Below, one piece after another: positions 37,625-48,053 of a stretch of DNA of 54,700 bases. The notes beneath the pieces are model-generated. The model searched no databases. It was not told where the DNA came from and saw only the letters and a program-made list of their open reading frames with translations. This DNA is from Patescibacteria group bacterium (GTDB taxonomy: Bacteria; Patescibacteriota; Patescibacteriia; WFTA01; S139-112). The stretch spans positions 1 to 54,700 of the forward strand of contig WFTB01000015.1 in the NCBI GenBank assembly GCA_015485695.1. Direction: 5' to 3'. Position numbers and translations under genes: made by a program. How positions within the stretch are numbered: the stretch's first letter is position 1; each line of letters starts with the position of its first letter.

Positions 37625-38662
37625 TTATTTTTTCATTTTTAATTTTCTTTTGATAAGTTTTTTGATTCCGAATTTTTTGATTTCTTCTTCAGTGACAATG
37701 TTTGCTTTTGATATTGTTTTCTTTATCCCTTCCTTTATTTTTGCCGTGTGTTTTCCGATTACGGCTCTCGCGGTTTTCGGATTGTATCGTATCGGAAAAT
37801 ACATGTGAGACATTTTTGTACCGCGGTCTTTGACATAATCCACTTCGTTCTCGTTGATTTTTATGTCTTCGCTGTGCTTTATGTTTTGTCGCAAGTATTC
37901 TCTGTGATCACGGGCAAGTTGTTCGCAGTTTTTTCTGTTATTGATATCCCAAGACATTGTGGAATCCGATGAACGCGTTTTTCCAAGTTCTATGGGCGAA
38001 TAATAATCAATCCAGAATGAGCCAACGCGCCATTTATGCGACTCCCAAGCTCGCAACGACAAATCCGCCTCATCCAGCCATGCCGGCGCGTAGTTTTCGT
38101 TCAAATAATTCAGATTTTTAAGATACTCCACCCGAAATGCGACGGGTCCGCGATTTATTATGTCTCGAACGGCGAATATGTCTCTTGACAGAGTGCCTTT
38201 TTCTCTTGACGCCATGTTAACATAATCTTCCACTCCCGCTCCTATTTTTCGTATGTCATGCGCGCTTCTCGAAGTGACGGCCAAAACATCGTCAAATTTT
38301 CTGAGCGGATACGTAAGCCTTCTTTCCCAGCCCATTTCTTTTATAATCATGTCGTCCTGTAGCGTAATCATGTATTCTTCTTTTGAAAGTTTAAACCCGA
38401 TATTGTTCGCTTTTGTTTCATATACATTGTCGGCTTTTTCGACCGTCGTTGATATCAGGTTTTTGGGCTTGGTTTTTTTGATGTACGACAATGCCCTTTG
38501 TTCGGATTTGTCAGTGCATCCGTCAAATACGAGTATAAGGTTAAACGGAGTCGTGGTGTTTCGGAATATTCCAAACAAAACACGCTCAATAATGTGCTCC
38601 TGGTTAAACACGCTCATGACAATATCCAGTTTGTTTAATGGTTTGGTTGAATTTGTTTTCAT
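37625..38662 (-). CDS. GT2 glycosyltransferase
   Basis: VFDGCTD, LQDDM and DEADL motifs. Confidence 0.8.
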   Translation of the reverse strand: MKTNSTKPLNKLDIVMSVFNQEHIIERVLFGIFRNTTTPFNLILVFDGCTDKSEQRALSYIKKTKPKNLISTTVEKADNVYETKANNIGFKLSKEEYMITLQDDMIIKEMGWERRLTYPLRKFDDVLAVTSRSAHDIRKIGAGVEDYVNMASREKGTLSRDIFAVRDIINRGPVAFRVEYLKNLNYLNENYAPAWLDEADLSLRAWESHKWRVGSFWIDYYSPIELGKTRSSDSTMSWDINNRKNCEQLARDHREYLRQNIKHSEDIKINENEVDYVKDRGTKMSHMYFPIRYNPKTARAVIGKHTAKIKEGIKKTISKANIVTEEEIKKFGIKKLIKRKLKMKK

Positions 38663-39351
38663 ATTTGCTTTGAGTTATTTGTCTTACGTTCCCAATTATC
38701 CCAGACAAAGTCGTATGCGTACGTTGGCACATGTGTTCGTGATATTTTTTCCCGCGCAGTTTTCATTCGTTTTTGCGCGTTCGGAACAAAATCATGAAAC
38801 TGAATTTGTAAATTTTTTATTTTATGTATGAGTCCCGAATCAATGAAATGGTCGATAAGGTCGTATTCACTTCCTTCGCAATTGAGCGACATAAGGTCTA
38901 TCTCTTTTGTATCGGAGAAAAATTCACTGGCTTTGATAAACGGTAGTAATTTGCTTTCATCATACTTTTGAAACAGCGAAGAATGGTCTCCGTGTATCGC
39001 GAGTTTTAGCGATACATTGCTATTCCATAATCCATAGGGGTACACTTTTATTTTTGGATTATTTTGCACTTTTCGTTTTATCAATTCGTACTGATGGGGA
39101 ACAGGTTCAAATACGATTATATTAGGTTGGTGCATCGCAAATATCTCCGTGGCCCATTGACCTTTGTACCCGCCAACCTCAACTACCAGAGAATCTTGGT
39201 TCAAATCGTATTCATATCTCTTCCATTCGTTTTCTGGATTGGCGTGCCATTTCAAATTTGAAGGATTAGGTTTCTCAGAATATATAATTCGCGATATTCT
39301 GTCCAACACATAACTTCCTTTCTTAAATATCTTGTGTATTTTTTTTCTCAT
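38659..39351 (-). CDS. FkbM-family methyltransferase
   Basis: VEVGGYKG, FEP, NCEGSEY, QIQFH. Confidence 0.85.
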   Translation of the reverse strand: MRKKIHKIFKKGSYVLDRISRIIYSEKPNPSNLKWHANPENEWKRYEYDLNQDSLVVEVGGYKGQWATEIFAMHQPNIIVFEPVPHQYELIKRKVQNNPKIKVYPYGLWNSNVSLKLAIHGDHSSLFQKYDESKLLPFIKASEFFSDTKEIDLMSLNCEGSEYDLIDHFIDSGLIHKIKNLQIQFHDFVPNAQKRMKTAREKISRTHVPTYAYDFVWDNWERKTNNSKQI

Positions 39352-39386
39352 ATATTCGCGCGCAAATAATGTAGAGCATGTAATTA

Positions 39387-41399
39387 TTATATTGATTGTG
39401 AAAAATTTTCATTAAATGTACTCCAAGAGTGGTTTTTTACAATATACTCCCTCGCCTTTATACTCATCTTTTCCATCTTTTTTTTGTTTCGAACGAGGTC
39501 GATGATTCGTCTGCACACTCGCTCGGCATCGAATTCGCCCGCTTTTATCAATATTCCGTTTTCATTATTTTGTATCGGAATTCCGGATTCTTCCGTGATA
39601 ATCGGCACGCACCCGCAAGCCATTGCTTCGAGAACGCATCCGACTTGCCCTTCTTCAATGGAAAAATTTATAACTATTTGGCTCGATTGCAACAGAGTTT
39701 TGTATATTATATCAGATGAATCCACCCATCCCCAGTTTTTCACATTATCGTGCGTTTTCGCAAAACGTTCAATGTCGTCCGAGAATGATTTATTTCCTCC
39801 GATTATGGTTAATTCTATATTGTCATTTGATAATTTATTTATATAATTCCACACGTCGATTACGCGAAACAGCCCTTTTCGTATACCCATGTCACTTGCC
39901 GTGAAAATTATTTTTACCTTATCTTCAAAATAAAACTCTCTTTTCGGAGACAAATAATCCGTGTTTACTCCGCTGTTTATCAGTTTTATGTCATCCGTAT
40001 AGACTCCGTATGATTCGTAGCTTTGTTTGACGAACTCGTTTCCTATCATTATGGACTTGTCCGACACTTTCGATGCTCTCAGAAACGTGATCGGAGAAAC
40101 ATATTCACCCGGGGGTATCGGTTTTTTATGTGTTTTACTTTCTTTTAACAGCGCCTTTAGCCTATAGAGTGGATGGGAATTTACCAGGAATAAGATTTTC
40201 TTCGCTTTTGGGTTATTCTTTGCGTATTTGCGGTAGTTTTTGCATACAATTCCTATTATGGCGTCAAATTGTCCTTTATGTTTTTGGATATATTCGTTTT
40301 GATCCACATAAGTCACTTTTTTGCCCATATCAAGAAGCGTACGGTATATGTTCCTCGCCAGATTCGCCGCCGAACTGGCGGATAGCCTTCTTTGCGGGTT
40401 ATCGAATTTGGGGTCAAAATGATTTTTTGAGTAAATAAGCAAGACATTTTCTCCAATTCCATTTGAAAGAAATTTATTCTTATTTGTTTTTTGGGCCCTT
40501 TTGTAAAACGCCTTGATTGAGTTATAAAAAAAGTAAGCTAAAACATATCTGTATCTCCTCTTGAGAAATAGGTATGTCCATGTTTTTTTAGCGTACAACT
40601 TGAGACGTCTTATGACTTTTTGAACAAAAACTTTCGGTGTAAGTTTTACACTTTTGGCGTGCTGTCTTTCCTCGTATTTTTTTAGCAATTCTTTTTCATT
40701 GTGTTTTTTTAATACATATACATATTCTATTCCTCGAAGCGTTTTTCCGGTTATGTCTCCGGACGACATTTGATGCGGTCCGACGCGGTTTACCACATTT
40801 ATACTGCTTAGTATCTTCGGTTCACCGAATGTATCATAACACCTCTTATAATAGTCGCAGTCCATGAGCCAAATCAGGTTTTCATCAAAAAAAAGGGGAT
40901 TGCCATTCCGTATTGTCAAAACCGAAGGTGAGCTTATCGTATTTTTGCCGGTATGAATCTTGTCGTTATAGGATGGATAAAACGGTCTGTAGAAGTGCGC
41001 TCCATCTATCGTGTGTTCGCTCGCCGTTACCATCCAATTATCTTTTTTTATGTTAAAATTTTCCACTATGTCACGCAGAGAATTATTACCGTACAAAAAG
41101 TCGTCTTGAAACAATATCTTTATCAACGCGCCGTTCGCGTGACGAATCGCATTATTGATATTGGCCGAAGAGTTACCTCTGTTATTGTGGTTTCTGTAAT
41201 ACTGTATTGTTAATTTGTCTTTATATTCAGTACATACATTTTTTATCGCATCATCGCGAGAGTGGTCTGATATTACCACTTCAAAATCCTTGTATGTTTG
41301 ATTGACAAGCACATCAAAACTGTGCCTTAGGAATTTATACCCAAGACCATTCATCTCGTAAGTTGGAATACAGATTGATATGTGTGGTACGTGTTTCAT
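39387..41399 (-). CDS. Bifunctional GT2-GT4 glycosyltransferase
   Basis: N-terminal ISICIPTY..SDHS..LFQDD; C-terminal RKG..EEG..LEAMACG. Confidence 0.85.
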   Translation of the reverse strand: MKHVPHISICIPTYEMNGLGYKFLRHSFDVLVNQTYKDFEVVISDHSRDDAIKNVCTEYKDKLTIQYYRNHNNRGNSSANINNAIRHANGALIKILFQDDFLYGNNSLRDIVENFNIKKDNWMVTASEHTIDGAHFYRPFYPSYNDKIHTGKNTISSPSVLTIRNGNPLFFDENLIWLMDCDYYKRCYDTFGEPKILSSINVVNRVGPHQMSSGDITGKTLRGIEYVYVLKKHNEKELLKKYEERQHAKSVKLTPKVFVQKVIRRLKLYAKKTWTYLFLKRRYRYVLAYFFYNSIKAFYKRAQKTNKNKFLSNGIGENVLLIYSKNHFDPKFDNPQRRLSASSAANLARNIYRTLLDMGKKVTYVDQNEYIQKHKGQFDAIIGIVCKNYRKYAKNNPKAKKILFLVNSHPLYRLKALLKESKTHKKPIPPGEYVSPITFLRASKVSDKSIMIGNEFVKQSYESYGVYTDDIKLINSGVNTDYLSPKREFYFEDKVKIIFTASDMGIRKGLFRVIDVWNYINKLSNDNIELTIIGGNKSFSDDIERFAKTHDNVKNWGWVDSSDIIYKTLLQSSQIVINFSIEEGQVGCVLEAMACGCVPIITEESGIPIQNNENGILIKAGEFDAERVCRRIIDLVRNKKKMEKMSIKAREYIVKNHSWSTFNENFSQSI

Positions 41400-41427
41400 G
41401 GTGTATTATGTTGATTGCCCTCAAACA

Positions 41428-43218
41428 TCAATCAATATTAAGAATCGTGTGATAGTATGAATTTTTATCCTTCATAAGTTCGCGCGGAGAACCCTGTTCC
41501 GCTATACTTCCGTCGCACAGTACGAGCAACTGGTCGGCATTCGCCACCGTGCTTGGGCGATGAGCGATTATTATTACCGTTATCGAGCCTCTTAGAGATT
41601 CTATGGACTGTTGTATGAGAGCTTGGGACTCATTGTCGAGCGCGGATGTCGCTTCATCGAGTATTAGTATTGACGGATTGCGCGCGAGTACGCGAGCCAG
41701 AGCGATTCGTTGCCTTTGACCTCCCGATATCTCGGTGCCTCGTTCTCCGACAATTGTTTCGAGCTTGTCCGGTAGTTTGTTCGCAAAATCATAAACTCGA
41801 GCCGTTTTGGACGCTTTCATTATATCCTCGTCCGAGATTGACGGATCGTATAGTCTTATATTGTTCGCAATGGAATCGTTTACAAGAAATACGTCCTGGG
41901 GAACATATCCGACATTCTCGCGCCATTCGGAAAGTTTGATGTCATTTAAGTCAATATCGTCAATCCGCACCACACCGCCGGTTGGTTCTATGAGTCTAAG
42001 TAAAATATCGACCAATGTTGTTTTTCCTGACCCGCTTGGACCGATGATTCCCGTAATTTCGCCTTTTTTTATCGTTGCATTGATTTTAGATAGAGTTTCT
42101 TTTGCTTTCGGATATGCGAACGAGATGTCCGAAAATTTTATCTCTCTTTCCAAAGAGAACGGTTTTGTTCCATAGTCTTTCTCGCGATTCGCGATTGTGT
42201 CGTTTTCATGTTTTATGGCGGATTGTAAGAACGGATATAACGCCACCGCTTGATTGAGTTTTGATTGACCGGATTGCACGAAAGTGAACATTTTGTTTAT
42301 CGCATAGACCATGACAGCGAAAGACGCAAAATTGAATCCGGGACTTTTATAACTGAAAGCGAATATTCCAAGTATGACAACAATGCTTACGGGTTGCACC
42401 GCCGTGTATGTCAGGTTTTCTATGAATGCGAGCTTGACTATTATTTGCCTTAACTTTTCGAAATGATAAATCCCTCTTTGTATAACGTTTTTCTCCAGAT
42501 GCTCAGATTTTATTGTCTTCATTCCGATTAGGGTTTCGTTTATGTGGTGCGCGGTGTCTTTCATCAGATTTGTGCTGTTTTGCGCGATTTGTTTTGTTTT
42601 GTAAATCAGGGGTTTATATATCAAAAACATCAATCCGCCGAGTGCTAACGTTGATACCGTAATTATCGGAGAAATATTGAACGCGATTATGGTATATATG
42701 AGAACGTTTGTCGCTAGTATTATTGACGCGCTCATATGAGCTAGCAATCCTCCCCCCGCGTTTATGTCGGTCACTAGAACTTTTTCCAGATGACCGATTT
42801 TCTGTTTTGATAGAAACGGCCAATTTGTTTTCAGTGTTTCTTTGTATAGTCGTGAACGGGTATCATATATGTATTGAGCTTGTATTTTCGCGCTGATGTA
42901 TTTAGAAAAAAACAATGCGACCGCTTTGAGAAAAAACAACAATACGATAAAAACCAGTAAAAACTCCAACCGGTACTCTATATCAAGAGAAGCGAATATC
43001 CATTCGATGAATTTTGAAATCGGGTCTTGGGGCATGGCCGAGTCGCCCGAAACAAATGAAAAAAGAGGTATTATCGCGTTAATGCCAATACCTTCCAAAA
43101 TTCCGCTCAAAAAACCCATGCCAATCAGGGTTATAATCTGTCTTTTATAACCGCCGAACCCTTGGCGAGCCAGCCTCATCATGGATTTTATTCTTTGTCG
43201 CTCTCTTAAAAGATCCAT
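41428..43218 (-). CDS. ABC transporter permease/ATPase (PglK/MsbA-like glycan flippase)
   Basis: TM domain plus GPSGSGKT, ISGGQRQR and ILDEATSALD; glycan-cluster context. Confidence 0.88.
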   Translation of the reverse strand: MDLLRERQRIKSMMRLARQGFGGYKRQIITLIGMGFLSGILEGIGINAIIPLFSFVSGDSAMPQDPISKFIEWIFASLDIEYRLEFLLVFIVLLFFLKAVALFFSKYISAKIQAQYIYDTRSRLYKETLKTNWPFLSKQKIGHLEKVLVTDINAGGGLLAHMSASIILATNVLIYTIIAFNISPIITVSTLALGGLMFLIYKPLIYKTKQIAQNSTNLMKDTAHHINETLIGMKTIKSEHLEKNVIQRGIYHFEKLRQIIVKLAFIENLTYTAVQPVSIVVILGIFAFSYKSPGFNFASFAVMVYAINKMFTFVQSGQSKLNQAVALYPFLQSAIKHENDTIANREKDYGTKPFSLEREIKFSDISFAYPKAKETLSKINATIKKGEITGIIGPSGSGKTTLVDILLRLIEPTGGVVRIDDIDLNDIKLSEWRENVGYVPQDVFLVNDSIANNIRLYDPSISDEDIMKASKTARVYDFANKLPDKLETIVGERGTEISGGQRQRIALARVLARNPSILILDEATSALDNESQALIQQSIESLRGSITVIIIAHRPSTVANADQLLVLCDGSIAEQGSPRELMKDKNSYYHTILNID

Positions 43219-43230
43219 TATGGTTTCAAA

Positions 43231-44193
43231 TTAAGCATTTGACCGCATGACCTCTTTATACCATTCGTATGTCTTGGCGATTCCTTCGTCAAGCGAAGTG
43301 GTGCTGTGCCATCCTAGTTTTTTTAATTTAGACACGTCAAGCAATTTTCTGGGGGTTCCGTTCGGTTTTGTGGCGTCCCATACAATATTTCCTTTGTATC
43401 CGATGGTGTTTTTTATCAATTCCGCAAGCTCTTTGATCGTTATATCGATTCCGGATCCGAGATTGACAAATACATCACCGGACTCATTTTGCTCTTTTGT
43501 AGGATTGAAGTGTTCCATTACGAACAGGCACCCTTCAGCCATGTCGTCGACGTACAGAAACTCGCGAAGCGGACTCCCGGTTCCCCATAAGGTCACTTGC
43601 TGATTGTTGTTTTCTTTTGCTTCGTGAAATTTGCGTATAAGCGCCGGAATCACATGCGATGTCTCAAGGTCAAAGTTATCTCTCGGGCCGTACAGATTGC
43701 ACGGCATAACACTTACAAAATTTGTTCCGTATTGTCTGTTGTAGCTTTGACACATTTTAATGCCGGATATTTTCGCCACCGCATACGGAAGATTTGTCGG
43801 TTCAAGTTCTCCGGTCAGCAAACTGTCTTCTTTAATCGGTTGCGGAGCGTATTTTGGGTAAATGCACGACGATCCGAGAAAGAGAAGCTTTTTCACGTTG
43901 TGCAGATAAGATTGATGTATTACATTGCTTTGTATCATCAAGTTTTCGTATATGAATTGAGCAGGGAATTTGTCATTGGCGTTTATACCGCCTACCTTTG
44001 CGCCGGCCAAAAACACATATTCCGGCCGTTCTTTTTCGAAGAAAAGAGCAACATCTCTTTGAACGGTTAAATCCAATTCATCATGAGTTCTGTAAACCAG
44101 ATTGACAAATCCGCGTTGCTCAAGAGCCTGTTTAATGGCCGAACCGACAAGTCCCCTGTGTCCAGCTATGTATATTTTTGAATTTTTTTTCAT
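43231..44193 (-). CDS. fcl: GDP-L-fucose synthase
   Basis: [45 protein letters not shown]. Confidence 0.95.
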   Translation of the reverse strand: MKKNSKIYIAGHRGLVGSAIKQALEQRGFVNLVYRTHDELDLTVQRDVALFFEKERPEYVFLAGAKVGGINANDKFPAQFIYENLMIQSNVIHQSYLHNVKKLLFLGSSCIYPKYAPQPIKEDSLLTGELEPTNLPYAVAKISGIKMCQSYNRQYGTNFVSVMPCNLYGPRDNFDLETSHVIPALIRKFHEAKENNNQQVTLWGTGSPLREFLYVDDMAEGCLFVMEHFNPTKEQNESGDVFVNLGSGIDITIKELAELIKNTIGYKGNIVWDATKPNGTPRKLLDVSKLKKLGWHSTTSLDEGIAKTYEWYKEVMRSNA

Positions 44194-44204
44194 AGATTCC
44201 GGAT

Positions 44205-45224
44205 TTATTGACGATGTGATTGCGATTTGACCTCTTGTTCGGCAAGTTTTAAATCGTGGTTTACCATGATTTCGACCAGCCTGTTAAACGATACCGAAGG
44301 TTTCCAATTAAGCAATCTGGATGCTTTTGTCGCATCGGCGCATAAATGTTCAACTTCAGTCGGTCTATAGTAGCGCGGGTCTATTTCAACGTAATCTTCC
44401 CACTCGTCAAAGCCCGCTGTTTTGAACGCAAGTTCCAAAAACTCTCGTACGGTGTGGACTTCTCCCGTGCCAATGACAAAGTCTTCGGGTTCATCGAGTT
44501 GCAACATTCGCCACATGGCATCCACATAGTCCGGCGCGTAGCCCCAGTCGCGCTTCGCGTCGAGATTTCCAAGATAGAGTTTTTTGTCAAGTCCGAACTT
44601 GATACGGGCGACACCCCTGCTTATTTTCCTCGTTACAAACGTTTCACCGCGTCTTTCGGATTCATGGTTGAAAAGTATTCCGTTGCAGGCGAAAATCCCA
44701 TACGCTTCTCGGTAGTTTATGGTTGTGTGATATGAATATAGTTTCGCACACGCATAAGGGCTTCTTGGGTGAAATGGCGTTTCTTCGTTTTGAGGCGCGG
44801 GAGTTGACCCAAACATTTCCGAGCTGGAAGCTTGGTAGAACTTAATACTTTTTCCGGTGTTTTCTTGGTAATCTTTGATTGTCTCGAGAATTCTCAGCGT
44901 CCCAAGACCGGTAACGTCACCGGTGTATTCCGGTATGTCAAACGATACACGCACATGCGATTGCGCGCCGAGATGGTATATTTCATCCGGTTGGATTTTG
45001 TAAATGTGTTTTCGTATGGTTTCGGCGTTCACCAAATCGCCATAATGAAGGAACAATCGAGCGTCGTTGGTGTGCGGATCTTGATAAATGTGGTCGATGC
45101 GTGACGTGTTGAACGTGCTGGAACGGCGGATAATTCCATGAACTTCGTATTCTTTTTTGAGAAGGAGTTCGGCAAGGTATGACCCGTCTTGTCCGGTGAT
45201 GCCGGTGATTAGCGCTTTTTTCAT
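44205..45224 (-). CDS. gmd: GDP-mannose 4,6-dehydratase (copy 2)
   Basis: [38 protein letters not shown]. Confidence 0.96.
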   Translation of the reverse strand: MKKALITGITGQDGSYLAELLLKKEYEVHGIIRRSSTFNTSRIDHIYQDPHTNDARLFLHYGDLVNAETIRKHIYKIQPDEIYHLGAQSHVRVSFDIPEYTGDVTGLGTLRILETIKDYQENTGKSIKFYQASSSEMFGSTPAPQNEETPFHPRSPYACAKLYSYHTTINYREAYGIFACNGILFNHESERRGETFVTRKISRGVARIKFGLDKKLYLGNLDAKRDWGYAPDYVDAMWRMLQLDEPEDFVIGTGEVHTVREFLELAFKTAGFDEWEDYVEIDPRYYRPTEVEHLCADATKASRLLNWKPSVSFNRLVEIMVNHDLKLAEQEVKSQSHRQ

Positions 45225-45226
45225 AG

Positions 45227-45475
45227 TTACCATTTATTAATTTTGTTTACTACTTTTCCTTTGATTTTTTGATAAGTGTGTACCGCGCGTTGCTCGACTT
45301 CCGGAGAAATTAGACGCAGGATTTCTTTGCCGGCTATTCTGTAACGACCGCCGACCTTATTTGCTCGTATCAGTCCGCTTTTTATCCACCGTTTCATCGT
45401 GCTTTCGCTGATTTTAAGAAAATCACGAGTTTCCGCGGTGGTGTATAATTCATTTGTATGTATTTCCCGCTTCAT
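45227..45475 (-). CDS. HTH_17 / excisionase-like (BldC-like) DNA-binding protein
   Basis: [38 protein letters not shown]. Confidence 0.88.
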   Translation of the reverse strand: MKREIHTNELYTTAETRDFLKISESTMKRWIKSGLIRANKVGGRYRIAGKEILRLISPEVEQRAVHTYQKIKGKVVNKINKW

Positions 45476-45480
45476 GCAAA

Positions 45481-45520
45481 CATGGTATCACAAAGTATCA
45501 AAAGGTGTCAAAAGGTGTCA
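45481..45520 (-). promoter_or_regulatory. Four 10-bp direct repeats (TGAYACYWTK) overlapping a TTGACA-N18-TACCAT promoter with extended -10 TG
   Basis: Minus strand TGACACCTTT TGACACCTTT TGATACTTTG TGATACCATG, ending 5 nt before the ATG. Confidence 0.75.
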
Positions 45521-45763
45521 CGTAGTACGTCGGAAAGTAGTTAACAAGTGTTACCGCCGGATGTAACCGTATAAACCATTGACAAGGGCCGATAAAACGG
45601 GATTTTAAGATTGTGTATGATAAAAACTTTTTGAACGCTATAGGCTTAGGTTTCATCTGTAAAATTTTGAGAGTATATTTTGGAAAGGAAAGGCGTCTCG
45701 TGCAATAAAATGCGAACACCGGCACAACATAAAACCAAAAAAAAATCGAGAGAAACAAAAAAC

Positions 45764-45813
45764 AAACCATTGCCTCAAAATACGACAATCGTGTTATTTT
45801 GAGGCAATGGTTT
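45764..45813. terminator. 19-bp perfect inverted repeat flanked by A/T tracts (terminator-like)
   Basis: AAACCATTGCCTCAAAATA / TATTTTGAGGCAATGGTTT with a 12-nt loop. Confidence 0.65.
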
Positions 45814-45999
45814 TTTGGTTCTTTGTTTTTAGTGATAGGATGAATGGTTGTGTTATGAAGGAAAAGAAGTTGTGATGTCGTTTTGCATTCTGGTGAATAT
45901 TGGGTGATAAGACAATTGGGGGGTTGTGATGCTTACCGAATTGTGTCATTTTGCATTGTAAATTATGAAGATGGAGATTCGGTTTTTCGAAGTACGCTA

Positions 46000-47271
46000 T
46001 TACAAATACCTTACAAACAAATAAATTGTCGAAATAATCAGAGATATGACGGTCATGAGTAATCCGATTTTCATGTACTCGAAAAACGGTATTCCTCTTC
46101 CCTCGCGTTTTGCGATATCCGATACAACCACGTTCGCCGACGCGCCGACAAGAGTCGCGTTTCCTCCAAAATCCGCTCCCATGGCAAGAGCCCACCAAAG
46201 AGGTCCGGTCGGTATACCGGACTGCCCACCGATGTCTTTTATCAGCGGAATCATTGTCGCGACAAAAGGTATGTTGTCAACAACGGCCGAGAATATCGCA
46301 GACCCCCACAGTATCAGTGTTGAAAGCGCCTTGATGTTTCCTCCGGTGCTTTCAATCAAGTACGATGCGAGCATGCTTATCGCTCCTACGTGTTCAAGAC
46401 CCGTGACGAGTATAAACAATCCCACAAAAAAGAAAATCGTCGTCCATTCAACGTCTTTTAGGTGTTCTTCCGGATCATTCATAGTAAGCAACAAAAGCAA
46501 TGCGGCTCCGGCCAGAGCTATGGTTGCGCCTTCAAGATTTGTCATGCTGTGCGTAAAAAACCCCAACAAAACAATCCCTATAACAATCAGTGATTTGATG
46601 AGAAGTTTTACGTCGGTTATCGTGTCCATCGGATTGAATCTCATCACCGCCATTGTCGCGTCATCGGTTGTAACTAGTTTTTTTCTGTATATCAATAGAA
46701 ACACTCCCAACAACACAAGGGTTGTTACCACGGCGACAGGAGCCATGTTCGCGAGAAAATCTTGGAAACTCAGTCCCGCTGCCGATCCTATCAAAATATT
46801 GGGAGGGTCTCCGATGAGCGTAGCGGCTCCACCGGTGTTCGATAGAATAATGGTTCCAATCAAAAAAGGCTTTGGGTCAATCTTCAAATTGTTTGTTATA
46901 ACAAAAACGACCGGAGCTATGAGCAAAACGGTCGTTACATTATCCAAAAAAGCGGAGAACACGGCGGTAATCAATCCAAGTAGCACAAAAATACGAACAG
47001 GTTTGCCTTGACCTTTTTTGGCTGACCATATTGCGACATACTGGAACATGCCACTGTCTTTGGCGATTGCGACTATAATCATCATTCCGATAAGCAACCC
47101 CAGAGTGTTAAAATCAACGCCCTCGATGGCTTGTTCTTGGTTAATTATACCGAGCAGTATCATGAGTACCGCTCCAGCCAGCGCAACGACTGTTCTGTGG
47201 ACTTTTTCCGATACTATTATCAAGAATGCCAACAAAAACAATCCAACCGTCAAAAAAAATATCGCATCCAT
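46000..47271 (-). CDS. ArsB/NhaD-family (IT superfamily) transporter
   Basis: SAFLDNVTTVL, NTGGAATLIGDPPNI, DNIPFV, GGNATLVGASAN. Confidence 0.9.
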   Translation of the reverse strand: MDAIFFLTVGLFLLAFLIIVSEKVHRTVVALAGAVLMILLGIINQEQAIEGVDFNTLGLLIGMMIIVAIAKDSGMFQYVAIWSAKKGQGKPVRIFVLLGLITAVFSAFLDNVTTVLLIAPVVFVITNNLKIDPKPFLIGTIILSNTGGAATLIGDPPNILIGSAAGLSFQDFLANMAPVAVVTTLVLLGVFLLIYRKKLVTTDDATMAVMRFNPMDTITDVKLLIKSLIVIGIVLLGFFTHSMTNLEGATIALAGAALLLLLTMNDPEEHLKDVEWTTIFFFVGLFILVTGLEHVGAISMLASYLIESTGGNIKALSTLILWGSAIFSAVVDNIPFVATMIPLIKDIGGQSGIPTGPLWWALAMGADFGGNATLVGASANVVVSDIAKREGRGIPFFEYMKIGLLMTVISLIISTIYLFVRYL

Positions 47272-47309
47272 ATATTTGTAATGCGTTATGCTTTATTTAC
47301 TGATACTAT

Positions 47310-47786
47310 TTATGTGCCATCGTTTAAAATATCTCCTATGGCGTTTTTAACATGTGTTCGGTTTATATACCCTATCAACTGGTCGTTATCGTCAATGACC
47401 GGTAGTAACCTGACGCTTTTTTCAGTTAGCAGTATCGCGGCTTCTATCAGCGTGTGTTCTTTTTTTATCGTATGAGCGCCTCCGCTCATTGCTTTTTTGA
47501 TTGAATCTTCCGCCACCTCTTTGACCCTCTTTTCGAACAACTCCTCCGACGCGAATGTTGCCAAATGCACGTCGTTTTCCAAGTAATCCGGTATTATGTG
47601 ACGTATGATATCCCAGCTTGACAACATGCCCAAGACTTTTTTGTCGTCGTCGACCACTATGAGTCGGTTCGTTTCGTGTTCGATAAGATGCTCGACGGCG
47701 TCTCGTATGGACGCGTCAAGCCCTATGGTTACGGGATTCGGTTGCATGTAGTCTTCCACCGTTTTGAATGTGGATTTCTTTTCCAT
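47310..47786 (-). CDS. CBS-domain protein
   Basis: VEDYMQPNPVTI, LIVVDD..GMLSSWDI, LLPVID..GYI. Confidence 0.88.
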   Translation of the reverse strand: MEKKSTFKTVEDYMQPNPVTIGLDASIRDAVEHLIEHETNRLIVVDDDKKVLGMLSSWDIIRHIIPDYLENDVHLATFASEELFEKRVKEVAEDSIKKAMSGGAHTIKKEHTLIEAAILLTEKSVRLLPVIDDNDQLIGYINRTHVKNAIGDILNDGT

Positions 47787-48016
47787 GTGTAAAACAAAAG
47801 AATATACATCTCGAAGTTATCGTATCAGATAGCGAATATTTTGCAAGCGTTCTCGCATTATGAGGTTTGCTTGAATTGCCGGTTTGCTTTCGTGTTCGTT
47901 TTTGGGATTTGTTTCTTTTTTTCGACAAAAATCCGTATCGCGAGTAATCAGCGCCATTGTGATTCGGATATATGATTTTGGGATGTTATAACAACTCGGT
48001 TTTGCGGATTTGCACT

Positions 48017-48044
48017 TTGCATGCATGTGTTTTTTTTGTATAAT
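48017..48044 (+). promoter_or_regulatory. Putative promoter of the Gld-like ABC operon
   Basis: TTGCAT-N16-TATAAT, 9 nt before ATG 48054. Confidence 0.5.
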
Positions 48045-48053
48045 GTTGGCACT

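Noticed and set aside
45227-45475. Prophage excisionase interpretation
   Set aside because: No adjacent integrase or phage genes; the gene abuts gmd, so a regulatory role fits better
46046-47011. 321-aa plus-strand ORF
   Set aside because: Antisense shadow of the hydrophobic ArsB/NhaD gene, with no recognisable motifs
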